From positions 868,001 to 932,000 of the forward strand of contig LSRY02000009.1 in the NCBI GenBank assembly GCA_001643675.2: DNA of 64,000 nucleotides. The letters run 5' to 3'. Position numbers and translations under genes: made by a program. Shown here one piece after another: positions 50,203-62,456 of the stretch; positions within the stretch are counted from its first letter, which is position 1; each line of letters begins with the position of its first letter. This DNA is from Monocercomonoides exilis PA203 (lineage: Eukaryota; Protista; Preaxostyla). Under the pieces are notes generated by a model. It was not told the DNA's origin. It did no database searches and was given only the letters and a program-made list of their open reading frames with translations.

Positions 50203-53040
50203 ATATGAGCAAGTCTTTGATCTAAAAAAATAAAACAAAAAACGGCTGATCTTTTCACTAAAATTAAAAAAATCAAAAAAATCAAAAATGTTCTCAGGAA
50301 TAGTAAATAAAAATAATTTGAATGTATTCTATTATTTATTTTTTTCGAAAAGTGCTCCTGTGAGCCACAAAATTTAGGTTTCGATAAAAAAAAGTGGATA
50401 TGATAAATTACTGACCCTATTTGAAAATTAAACAAAAGGAACTTTTGGAAAAAAATTACCCATGTTTTTATAAAATGAGTTCTAATAGCTAGGAATAATC
50501 AATAAAATTTAGGTTCCAATGAAAAAAAGGTAATGATCAATAACTGATTTTCTGTAATCTTACATGTGATAATAATAATTAACACAAAATCAAACTTTTT
50601 GGATAAAATGAATGTTCGAAATACATAAAAATTTCTATGAGAGAAAAGCCTCTTTATTCTTTTATTGTGATTGGAATATTTAATTCCAAAATGCTATGCG
50701 TGCTGTAATAATTCATTAAAAAGAAGAATAAATGTTATAAAAGAAAAATTTTTCAAAAACTTATGTTTCAAATTCATCAAAAGGATTTATCCTAACTTTT
50801 TCAAAAATACCAAACAACAAAATTGTATGATATAAATATATTAAATTTAAAAGGAACATGACAAACCGGAAAACATCGGATAATAATACAAAACCTAAAT
50901 AAAAATCAATTAACAATAAAATGAAAAAAAAAGAGAAAAAAAGACAACATCTTGATTAATATATCGTATTTTACTACTTGATAATAAAAAATTCACAAAA
51001 ACAACAAGTCCGCTTAGTATAGTCGGTAGAATATGAGACTGTCACTCTCATGGCCCGGGTTCAATTCCCGGAGTGGACGAATTTTTTATGCATTTCTCAA
51101 TTTTATCTTCAACAGCTCTATCTTTCATTTTTTAATATTATCTTTAAAAGATGTTTTCAATCATCACCGAAGCCTAAAGGGAAATTCATTTTTTTCTTTT
51201 TAAAAATGAATATGAATTGTTGATTTGCTAATTGCCCCATTACATAACTTAATGAATTTTATTTTTATTTTTATTTTTTTGTTCTTTGCATCATTAGATG
51301 CTATTAGCACACCAATTCGGTTTTATGTTCCTTGTAAAAGCAAAATTTTAAAGGGGGAATTATTTGATGTATGACTTTAGACAATATGTTTATTTTCACT
51401 TTCATTGTTAAATACCTCGATATTTGTTCATATTATTATATGTTTATCCTTCAACGTTATTATTAATATTCTCGATACAATTCTAGAGCGCTTATTCTTC
51501 AATTTCTTTTCGAGAAGATTTGAAATTATATAATTCTTCAATAACATTAAGTAGTGCTTATTTCTTGCAATATGAAAATCTAAATATTATCACAATTTGC
51601 GCTTTGTCATCAACACATGTTTACAATGCTGTTGTGGAGAATCGAAATTCCAGATGCTCGCCATTTTCGGTGTCAAATGGATATTTGCTATTGAATAATT
51701 TTTCTGTTATAACAAATCATCCAAACTGCGCAGTCTGGCCGCTCGTACAAGATTGCGAGGGGAAAAATGGAGGGTTGAATGTTGGGAGAGTGCGTGTTGA
51801 GCAGAGCTCGTTTGAGTGCATGGAACTGTGTGGTGGTCCGTTTTTGGGAGATTTGAGGAGAGGGGAGTGGAAGGTGGATTTATGCGAGATGCGGAACATG
51901 AGCAGGAGGGCAGGGAACGGAGAAGGGCTCGGAAGAAGAGAATGGGGGAATGAGTTGTGGAAGACTATTATTAGCGGGAGCAGATTCGAGAGTGTGTTGG
52001 ATGTGATTTATGGGGGAATCGTAGGAGACATAAATTCGGGATTTTCTTCACTTTCAGCGTTCAATACGTCTTTTATAGCGTGCAGCCATTTAGCAACATT
52101 AAGTGTGCAAGGGAATTCTACAATGAAACGGGAGCAAATCGGCGAATCAGGAAACCACACTTTTTCGTTCTGCATTTGGAACCAAACTGGAAGCGGCGCA
52201 TTTGACGGCGGAGCGCTTGCTGTTCAGGGCATTGACGATGCGTCGCTGAGTGTGATCTCCTGCACGTTCCAGTCCTGCACTGCGCTGTCGTCGGGGGGAG
52301 CTGTTTTCGGCCGTTCGTTCGGCGCCTTCCTTGTCTCGTCGTCTGCCTTTGCGAACTGCACATCGCCTCTGAAAAGCGGCGGAGGCGTGTGTGCCACGTC
52401 AGTCAGGCGCAGCTTCTGTGCGAACAGCACGAACTTCACAGGGTGCTCAGCGGGGGTGGCAGGGGGTGGACTGCATGTGTCTTCTTTTGCGCCTCCTTCT
52501 TCGCCAACAGGAGGAAGAAGTGAAGGAAGAAGCAATGGAGGCAGCAACAGTGATGCAGCATGTGTTGTGGGGTGCCAGTTTGAGAAGTGCTGTGTGGCAG
52601 GGGGGATGGGTGGAGGCAGCTCTGTGCAGGGGTGCAGCGGGGTGTGTGTGATGGGGGAGTGCTGGTGGGTGGGGTGTGAGAGCAGCGGGTTTGGGGGAGG
52701 GCTGCACTGGGTGGTGAGGGAGATGATGGCAAAGGAGATGATGATGATGAATGAAGTGGAAGAGAAAGAGAATGAGAATGGGGAGATGGATTGGGAAGGA
52801 AAAGAAAACGAGAAAGAAAGACATTTCGAACAGAAGAAAAAGGAGAGGAATGTTTGGGAGAAAAGAGGGGCATGCGCAGCAGTGAACGAGGAGGAATGCA
52901 GCACAGAAGGTGTCGGGCAAGTGAGATTCTCCATTTTCTCTGGGAATGGGCTGGCAGACAGCGAAGAAGCAACTGGGATCGACGCCTGCATTCAGATTTC
53001 AAATGACCCTTCTTCTTCATCATTTTCTTCATTTTCGCCT
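49785..53040. repeat. Uninterrupted right arm of the inverted duplication; contains the empty ATAT site at 50961-50964
   Basis: rc reads ...AAAATACG ATAT ATTAATCAAG..., i.e. 28401-28412 joined directly to 48343 onward. Confidence 0.95.
51008..51079 (+). tRNA. tRNA-Asp(GTC)
   Basis: Identical to the copy at 28294-28365. Canonical cloverleaf with A/B boxes. Confidence 0.95.
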
Positions 53041-56000
53041 TCATTTTCGCCTTCATTTTCGCCTTCATTTTCGCCTTCATTTTCGACTTCTTCTTCTTCT
53101 TATTTTTCCTCCTCCTCTTCCTCTCATCTTCTCCGCTCATCCCTCGATGAACTCCCCTCTTTCTTCTGCCACTGCCTCTCCACTTCCCTTGCTTCTTCTT
53201 CCCCATCCAAAAATCGTGTCCATGTTATCCTCAACACTCTATCTGGATTTCGTGATGATTGGCTCCCCACTGAAATGTACCGCTGTTATGTCTCTTCCTC
53301 TGGAGAAGATGCTGTTTCATACTGCGGATGGACTGAAAAGCTGCCTTGTTTGACAATCAGAAAAGCAGCTGGGCAGTGTGGAGTGCTGGTGGAGGATGAA
53401 GGGAATGCAAATGCAGATGGAAATGGAGAAGGAAAAGATGAAAATGAAAATGAAGATGATGATAGAATTCATAGAAGAAGTGGAAGCAAAAGCAAAAGCA
53501 AAAGCAATGAACTCATCACTGAATGCTTTATCCATCTTTCCCCTGGACTCCACACGAGCGAAACATCTACCCTTTCCATTGGCTACAAACACCTCTATTT
53601 AACTGGCTCCTCCTCTTCCTCTGGCCGTTCTGTCATTCGGATAACATTCGGTGCTCCGCTGATTAGACTCACGGCGATGGGGCAGCTGACACTGGAGAAG
53701 GTTGGCATCTCTTCGACTGCTCAGCTCAATGGCCCTGTTGTGGAGGTGGATGAGATGTCGCTGCATTCTGTGGAGATTGTGAACTGCACGGTGGAGAATG
53801 TGGTTAGGAAGGGGAGGGGTGGAAGGAATGAAGAAGAAGAAGGAGAAGAAAGAGAAAGAGAGAAAGAGGGAGAAGAAGAAGAAGAAGATTATAATAATTT
53901 TTATAAGAATAAATCTTCATTTACTAATTTACTTCAATCAACTGAAGAATATTCCCCTATTTCTCTTTCCTCAAACGCCAATGGCCAAATCTTCGGCTCC
54001 GTTTTGGATGTTCCTCTGGGAATGTGTTCAGTTTCAGTGAAGGATTCTTCATTTCTTTCGTGTTGCTCGCCTTCCTCCACTTCTGGTGGCTGTTTGCACT
54101 TCAGCTCTGTTTCTGCCTCAACAGCAGCTGTTCTAGTGAACTGCTCGTTTTCATCGTGTGTTGCATCAACTGCTTCGATTTCTGTGAGGGAAAGAGGAGA
54201 AAGAGGAAATGAAGGAAGAGAAGAAGGAGAAGGGGAAAGAAAAGGAGAAAGTGAAGGTAAAAGAGCAAACGAAGAAGAAAGTTCAGATTCAGCTGGAAGA
54301 GGTGGGGCTGTGTATTTGGAAGTGCTGTCTGGTGGAACATTCACATTTGAAAATCTTTTTTTCTCTCAGAACAACGCCACAATCGGAAGAGATCTGTTTC
54401 TTGTGTGCAAATCACTTGTGGATGATGTCACAAATTTATCATTCAGTTTCGCTTTGAATCCAAATGGAACAGCTAAACCTCTTTCGCTCTATGGAAGTGA
54501 TGCGACGGAGCGGTTTGAAGGAAAAGATGTGGATTTGTTTGCGTTTCTGGTGGGGTATTTTGCAGCAACTGTACATGTTTCATCTTCTGCATCGGTTTTA
54601 TCGCAGAAGAAACAAAATTCCAATAGGAAATTTGAACAATCAGTTCATTTAAATAGAAATTCAGATGAACAAGCCACAAATAAAATCAATGAAAAAAATG
54701 ATGAAACAAACAAAAAACACTCAAATCCAGAAGATCCAACAGAACCAGCTGATTCTCTTCGCATCTGGTGTGGAATGCCATATGCCCCCTGCTTCACTCT
54801 TTCTGAAGCGATGCCTCGTTTCCTGCCGACAGCGCTGGTGAAGACGCTGGCTGTGGTTGGAGAGGCAGTTGTGGATGAAGAAAGAGATCTGAGCAACATG
54901 GAGATCACAAGCTATCAGCCAGAAAGGAAGAATTTGGAGAATTCTGAAGCAAATGGAATGAATCAGGGAAAACAGAATTTTATAAATGAAATGAAATTAA
55001 TTTCGAACGATGAACAGGCAACGCTCTTATTTGACACAACCACAACAGACACTGAAACATTCACTGGAGCTATTAGAAACAGAGCAACACTCAAATTCTC
55101 CACAATTATTTTGTCATTCGCTTCTTCTCTGACTCCAAATGAAGACATTCTCATTGAATCTCAGGGGACTTTGCTGTCGATGATTGATTGCATTGCCTCT
55201 AATTCTGATGCTGCTAACTGCAATTTCATCGTTTTCTCTATCAAAACTGGGCTTTTGAGTGTAGAATCATCTGAGTTCAAATCAACAGCAGGAACATTCA
55301 ATTTTCCTTTCATTCAAATTTCTTCCTCTGTTTCCTCCGCTTCCTTTGCCCAAACATCTTTTCACGATATTGTGATTGTTTCATCCAGCATCATCACATA
55401 CAAACAAGATGTAACTGCGACCAATTCAATAGCTAATCTATCAAACATTATGATTGAGCTAACCAAATGCAATGTAACTGCTGTAAAAGGTGCTTCAAAA
55501 CCTTGTTTCATTTCAAGCGAAGCCAATTTGTGTGTCCAAACAGCAATCACAAACTGCACATTCACAAATAGCACTTCTTCTTTCGTCGAAGGAGGGGCAA
55601 TGAATGTTGTTGTGAATGAAACTTCTTCTTTCTCTGTGAAAACTTCATTTTTCACCACCCCCGTTGCCTTTCATACGACTTGCGGGCATTCCCTCTGTGT
55701 CAATTGCAGCAATGCTCCTTCTTTCTCTTTTGTCCAGTCAACTTTCTCTCCATTAGCATCAACCGCACGAACAAGCTATGTTTCTATCGTTTGCACAGAA
55801 CTTGATGCCTCTCGGTGCTTTTCCTGTTTTGTGTTCGACCCATTCGATTTCTTCAGCGAAACCTCATCAGAATTTGTCGAGTTTGCCAACAGTTCCTCTC
55901 AAACGTCCCTTCTTTCTCTTATCAACGCCCAACAAGCAGAATCAGTAGCGGTTTCATCGTCCATGGGAAAAGACACATTTGATTGTGCGACCATTGCTAA

Positions 56001-59000
56001 TCCCTGCAAAACATTTGGAGTTGGCTGGCGAAGGCTGAAGGCGACAGGATCAGCACCAAGCTTGCTGGTGAGGGGGACAGCTGTTGTTGAAGAAGAAGTG
56101 GCATTGGGAAATCGAACAATCACAGCAGCAAGTGAAGGAGAAGAGGCTATTTTAACAGTTTCTTCGTCTGTACAAACAAGAACGGGGTCAGAAAATGCCG
56201 TGTTTATTAACAAATTTGAAGGAGGAATGAGTCATTTGCGTGTCTCACTTCCTTCTCTTTTTGATTCTCTTCAGAAAATGCTGATTTTCCTGGCAAGCGG
56301 AACATTTCAGATGGACAGCTGTTCTGTTACACCACTTCTGAATAACACAAACAAACAGTTTTCAATCAGCTTTCAGCTTCTTCGTGGCATTGGTGGTACG
56401 CTTCAAATAAAAGAATGCTCAATCGGAACAGCCAATTGCGACTTCATCTTCGATTCCACGCCAGTTCGGCTCACAAAAACAGATTCTGTTTTGAACAACA
56501 CATTTTTCACTTGTTTGAGAACAGAAAATTCCACAACAGGAGGAGCAATCTATGCAGAGCTGGCTGATAGCACAGAATTTCAAACATCCAATGTGACATT
56601 CAAAAAGTGCTGTGTTTCAGACATTGTTGGATTAGGAGGTGCAATTTACTTGGATTGTTACACTTTTAACGAAACATCTGATCCAATGGAACTGAAATTT
56701 GACTTGTCTTCGTGTTTATTTGAAGGGAATGTTGCATTTGTGGGGAGAAACTTGTTTCTTCTCTTTGCAGCAGCTGCTGTTGGCGATGAAGAAGATTGCA
56801 GAAGTTCCATTTTCTATTCAGGAAACGAAAAAAGCAACGTAAACAAAGTGTGTATGAGCAGCATTCTTCCACCTTATTCTTCAGGAGGAGGAGGAGGAGG
56901 AGGAGAAGACGATGATGACAGCGATTACACAGGAAGAATAATGGATACCCCTTCGCCTTATCTCATCGGCCTTCGTCAGTTTGAGCGCCAATACGAAGGA
57001 AAAACATTGTTTGTTTCTTCTCTTTCACAAAATTCATTCATCGGCTGTGGAGGAGAGCGATTTCCATGCAGTTCATTCCAACTGGCTGTTGATCGGATTG
57101 GCGCAAACTCACAAAGAACAATTGCCGTGAAGTCAGAATGTTCCATTGAAAACAATGTTGCCTTGTCAAATGCGTCGGTTGTGTCAGCAAATGAGTTTCC
57201 GGCTGCATTCAGCATTGAAATTAACACAAGTGCTAATCCAACAATGAATGCTATCACAATCACGCAATCAACAAGAACTAACTTCAAACTGCTCAATTTC
57301 TATGCTGTGAGGCAGTTTGTGAGCGACACAGCTGTTTTTGCAGTGGAAGAGTCTGACGTGTTGTTCGAGTCTTGTTCGTTTGTCGACATGTTTTTGAATG
57401 CAAATGCTGAATTTGTGGTGATATCGCAAAGAGGAGGCAGTTTGAACTTGACAAGAATCGACTTGCAGTTTGCAAGGAACATTGGATTGCAGTGCAAAAA
57501 TCCATTGGTCAAGTTTTTGGATGCAGAAGCGATTGAAATGAATGATGTGAAGATTTCCAACTGTGCTGTGGGGAGTTTGTTTACGTTTGAATCTTCTCCT
57601 TCTCCTTCTCCTTCTCCTTCTCCTTCTCCTTCTCCTTCTCCTTCTCCTTCTCCTTCTGCTTCTTCTTCTTCTCCTTCTCCTTCTGCTTCTTCTTCATTTT
57701 CTCCTTCTTCCTCTTCTTTTCCGTCTCTTTCTATAAATTCTTCTGTTAATTCTTCTTCTTCTTCTTCTTCTTCTTCTTCTTCTTCATTTTCATCGTCATC
57801 ATCTTCTTCGTTTCACTCATCTCATATCACCTCACATTCACAATCACATTCACTTTCACATTCACATTCACCCAACTCCGTTCCTTTGCTCAACATCACG
57901 TCATCTTCATTCATCAACATCACCTCCAATTCACCTTCACCGACTGTTATTCCGCTTCCCTCTCAAAACACAGCCATTTTCATTTCAAACAGCTCTTTTC
58001 TCAACCACACGTACTCAAACTGCTTGAAAGGCGGGACTTGTTTTGTGAACGTTGACAATTCAGCAGCCAGTTTGATTGTTTCTGACAGCTCCTTTGAAAA
58101 CTGCTCTTGTTCCAGTTCATCAGGAAGAGGAGGCGCAATTTGTGTGAACATCACCACACCGGAATCAATCAGCAACGAGCGAATGTTTTTTGCACAGCTC
58201 ATTTTCAGTGGAAATGTCGCTCAAACAGGAAGGGATCTCTTCTTCTTCCCAACAGTCCCGTTGCAAGTGAATGAGACACACTTCGTGATTGACTGGAATC
58301 AAGACACTTTCTATGCATTTCGCTCTTCTTCCTCTTCTTCATCTTTTTCTTTCTCTTCTTCCTCTTCTTCATCATCCTCTTCCTCTTCTTCCTCTTCTTT
58401 TGTGTTAAGTGACAGCTCAATCTGCGAACAGAGCACAGATCCACTTTCCCCAGTGGATGTGAGCATTCTCGAGAGGATTATGAAATATTCAAACAGAACA
58501 GTGTTTGTGACTGGAAGCGGAGGAGGAGGAGGAGGAGGAGGAGGAGGAGGAGGAGGAACACAACAGCCAGACACGAAATTGTGTGGTTCAGAGGCAAGTC
58601 CTTGTTATGCACTGGATTATGCGGCTAACCATTTGCTCCCTGTCAACGATAGATTCATCATCATTTTGGAGTTTGTTCCTGTTTTAGCGAAGATTTCGTT
58701 GAACAACGTGGCTCTTTCTCCGCTCGAAAGCAGCGCAAACATCACAATCAATGCAAGATATTCCATCGGAACATCACCTCCTGTGTTTACTTGTTCGAAT
58801 AATGTCAGTTTCTCTTCAATTGTGTTTCTCTTTCAGGCGAATTTCTCGTCACGAGAAGGGTCCGAAGAGCTTATTCAACAAGGAAATGGCATTTTGTCAC
58901 TCAAAAACTGTTCATTTGTGTTTGCTGAGGAAGCAATGGTGATGAATTCTTCGTTGATTGGCGTGGATTCAGGGGAATGCGAGCTGAATGGAGTGAAAGT

Positions 59001-62000
59001 AGCAGACATTTCATTTCGAAAGGAGACCGCGTCGTATTTTGTGGGGAGAAATGCAAAGTCCAAATTTGAGTCGTGCTATTTCAATGGAGGGGTTGCTGTG
59101 GAGTCGATGTATGTTGCAAATGAAGAGAGGGAAGAGAGGGAAGAGAAGGAAAGAAGGGGGAAGAGGGAGAAGAGGGAGAAGAAGGAAAGAGAAAGAGAAA
59201 GAAATAGAAAAGTGAATCATTTCGATGACGATTTGGAAGAAAATGATGTTTGTTCTTTGAATCAGAACAGATTTAGTTCAAAATCCGCTTTAAAAACAAA
59301 CAAATATTCAGTCACTTCATCATCATCAACATCATCATCATTTTCTTCTTCTTCTTCTTCTTCTTCTTCTTCTTCTCCATTATTTTCTTCTTCTTCTTCT
59401 TCTTCCTCATCTTCCTCTCTCTGTTCCTGGGACTCCGGCCTCCTCTCCTTCTCTGGCCCTCTCACCTCTCTCTCGATGAACAATGTCTCCATCTCAAATG
59501 CTTCCACAGGCGGAATGCTGTTCAATGGCGGCAAAGCCACTCTAACTTCAATGCAATTCACTGACAACAACCCTTCCTTTGAGCTTTATCCTTCTGTTCG
59601 GAGAAATATCAGATGCGTCTCCGGAGAATTATACTTGGTGAGTCTGAGCAGTTTGAGCGATGGGGCGAACGGAATTTCTCCGTTGTGGATTAGCAGTGGA
59701 AGCAGCACTAATAGTAATAGTAATAGTAATAGTAATAATATTAATAGAAATGAAGAAGGAAGAGAAAGAGAAAGAGAAAGAGGAAGAGGAAGAGGAAGAG
59801 GAATAATAAACAAAGGAATAATAAGCAATGATGACATGATCAGCAGCAGGAGCAGTTATTTGAATGAAGATGGAGGATGCATTCTGAGTGGGGTGATGAC
59901 ATCACGCGGCTCAGCATTCTTTGAGCCCATTTTGGAAGAGGTTGAGTTGGGACAAAAAGAAGAAAAAGAAGAAGAAAGGAAGATTTTATTCAAAGGGAAG
60001 TATTTTATTCCTTGTGACTTGGCATTTGAGGTTGTTTGTGCATTGTCGAATGGAACAAACGAGAAGAAGAAATTCGATTTGTCTGCTTTTTCATCAGAAA
60101 ACGAAGTTTCTGGTTCTTTTCCTTCATCTTTGATCGATGACGCAGCATACGACACAGAAGTTGATGTCCATCTTCTTTTTCTTTCTTCTTCTTCTTCTCC
60201 TCAAAAGACAACCTCTTTCGTCCTCAAGAACATTACTCACAATCCACAGGCAAATCTTCCCGTGTGGATGCAAGTTCTGGGGTGGCCTTTATTTTCTTCT
60301 CTTTTGATTCTTCTTGTCATTCTGATTGTTTTGATGATAACTTTGCTGTGCTTCAGACACCATTCGAACAAAAGAGACGAGAAAATGAGGAAGATGAAGA
60401 AGAAGATTGAGAAGGAGAACGAAGAAGAGCTGAGGGAGCAGAGGTTGCAGCTGTTGAGGAGGGAAGCTGGGATTAATGAAGAAGAAGAAGGAGAAGGAGA
60501 AGAAGGAGAAGAAGGAAGAAGAAAAGGAAGAAAAGGAAGAAAAGGAAAAGGAAGAGGAAAAAGAAGAAACAAAATCAAATCCAGAAGAAACAACAATAAC
60601 AATAATAATAGCACATTAATCTCTTCATCTTCCACTCAATCACAAGACACAGCAGATGAAACACTTGGAGAAGAAATGCTGCTTCTTCTGAATCCGTTCC
60701 TCCAAAAACTGGCCATCTGCCGCTGTTTCAACTGCTCCTCACTCAAAATTGTGACGGTTTTCAATGCGAAACCGCTGAAGTTGTTCTTTTTGAGAGGGAA
60801 AGAAGAAGAAGAAAGAGAAGAAAGAGAAAGAGAAGAAGAAAGAGAAAGAGGAGAAGGAGAAAATATTGGTAGAGGTTCAATTTTCTCTTATTTAAATTCT
60901 TCTTCTTCTTCTTCTTCTTCCTCTTCCCCTTCCTCTTTAACTTCATCATCATCTTCCTCTTCCTCTTCCTCTTCCTCTTCCTCTTCCTCCTCTTCCTCCT
61001 CTTCATCAACCTCCTTCCCTTCTTCTCTTCTCACTCGTCTCATTAATTCTGCCTGGGTCCTCTCTGAAATCGCTTTTGGCTGCGAACAACTTCTGAATTC
61101 TGAGTCATTTTCATCTGATTCATCAAATTCAGAAAATTCTTCTTCTTCTTCTTCTTCTTCTTCTTCTTCTTCTTCTTCTTCTTCTTCTTCTTCTTCTTTA
61201 TCTTCTTCTTTGTCTTCAAATTCTGACTCAAATTCTTCTTCTTCCTCTTCTTCTTCTTCTTCCTCCTCCTCTTCTTCTTCTCTTTCTTCCTCTTCTTCTT
61301 CTTCTTTATCTTCTTCTTTGTCTTCAAATTCTGACTCAAATTCTTCTTCTTCCTCTTCTTCTTCTTCTTCCTCCTCCTCTTCTTCTTCTCTTTCTTCCTC
61401 TTCTTCTTCTTCTTCTTCTCTTTCTCTCCTCTTCCTCTCCCCCTACACCCTCTACAAATCCCCCAACAATTCCATTTTGATCGATTTACTGCCGAAATTA
61501 ACATCCAAATGGAAGAGCAAAAGAGAAGAAGCAGAAGAATTTGACTTGGCAGACGCTGAATTGGAAGAAGACGACGACGAAAACGTGTTTTTTGAAGGGA
61601 AATGGATGAGGTACAGGGCACCGGAGTTGAGGAGAAGAGGAAGAGGAAGAAGGAGAAGGAGAAGAAGGAGAGGAAGAGAAGAGAAAGAGAAGGAGAAGAA
61701 GAAGGAGAAAGAGAATTATAATGAAAATGAAGAAGAAGAGGAAGAAGAAGAAAACTCAGATACTTCTGAATTATTACCACATCAGCATTCTTCTTCTTCT
61801 TCTTCTTCTTCTTCCTCCTCCTCCTCCTCATCATCATCATCTTCTTCTTCTTCCATTTCAATTTCAGATTCATTTTCTGATTCAGATACAGAAGTCAACC
61901 AAGAAATTGACTCAAATTCTGAATCAGATTCAGAAAACGACTCAGATTCTTCTCTTTCTCTTTCTTCTTCTTCTTCTCCATTTAATTCTTCTTCTTCTTC

Positions 62001-62412
62001 TTCCTCTTCCTCTTCCTCTTCCTCTTCCTCCTCCTCCTCTTCTTCTTCTATCAAACCCACCGAAAAATCCACAGTGTTTTCATTGGGACTTATTTTGTAT
62101 GAGTTTTCGAGTGGAAAAATTCCGTTTGAAGAAGAAGAAGACGATGCGGAGGTGTTTGAGAAGATGAAAAGAGGAGAACTGCCTGAAGGAATAAAGAGGA
62201 TGGAAGAAGAAGAAGAAGAAGGAGGAGGAGGAAGAGAAGGAGGAAGAGAAGGAGGAAGAGAAGGAGGAAGAGGAAGAGGTGAAGAAGGAATGCAAATGAA
62301 TGAAGCAAGCAATACAAGCAATACAAACATGGATGACATTTCAGAACTGCAAGGCAATTCGAACATTTCAGCTGTTGACGCAACAATAACAATGGAATCA
62401 TCATCATCATCA

Positions 62413-62456
<44 letters not shown>

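Noticed and set aside
48343-50960. A third independent 2.6-kb foldback transposon with ATAT TSD
   Set aside because: Its ends (ATTAATC) lack the GG termini, and it joins seamlessly to the tRNA-bearing arms once A and B are removed. It is the core of the larger palindrome.
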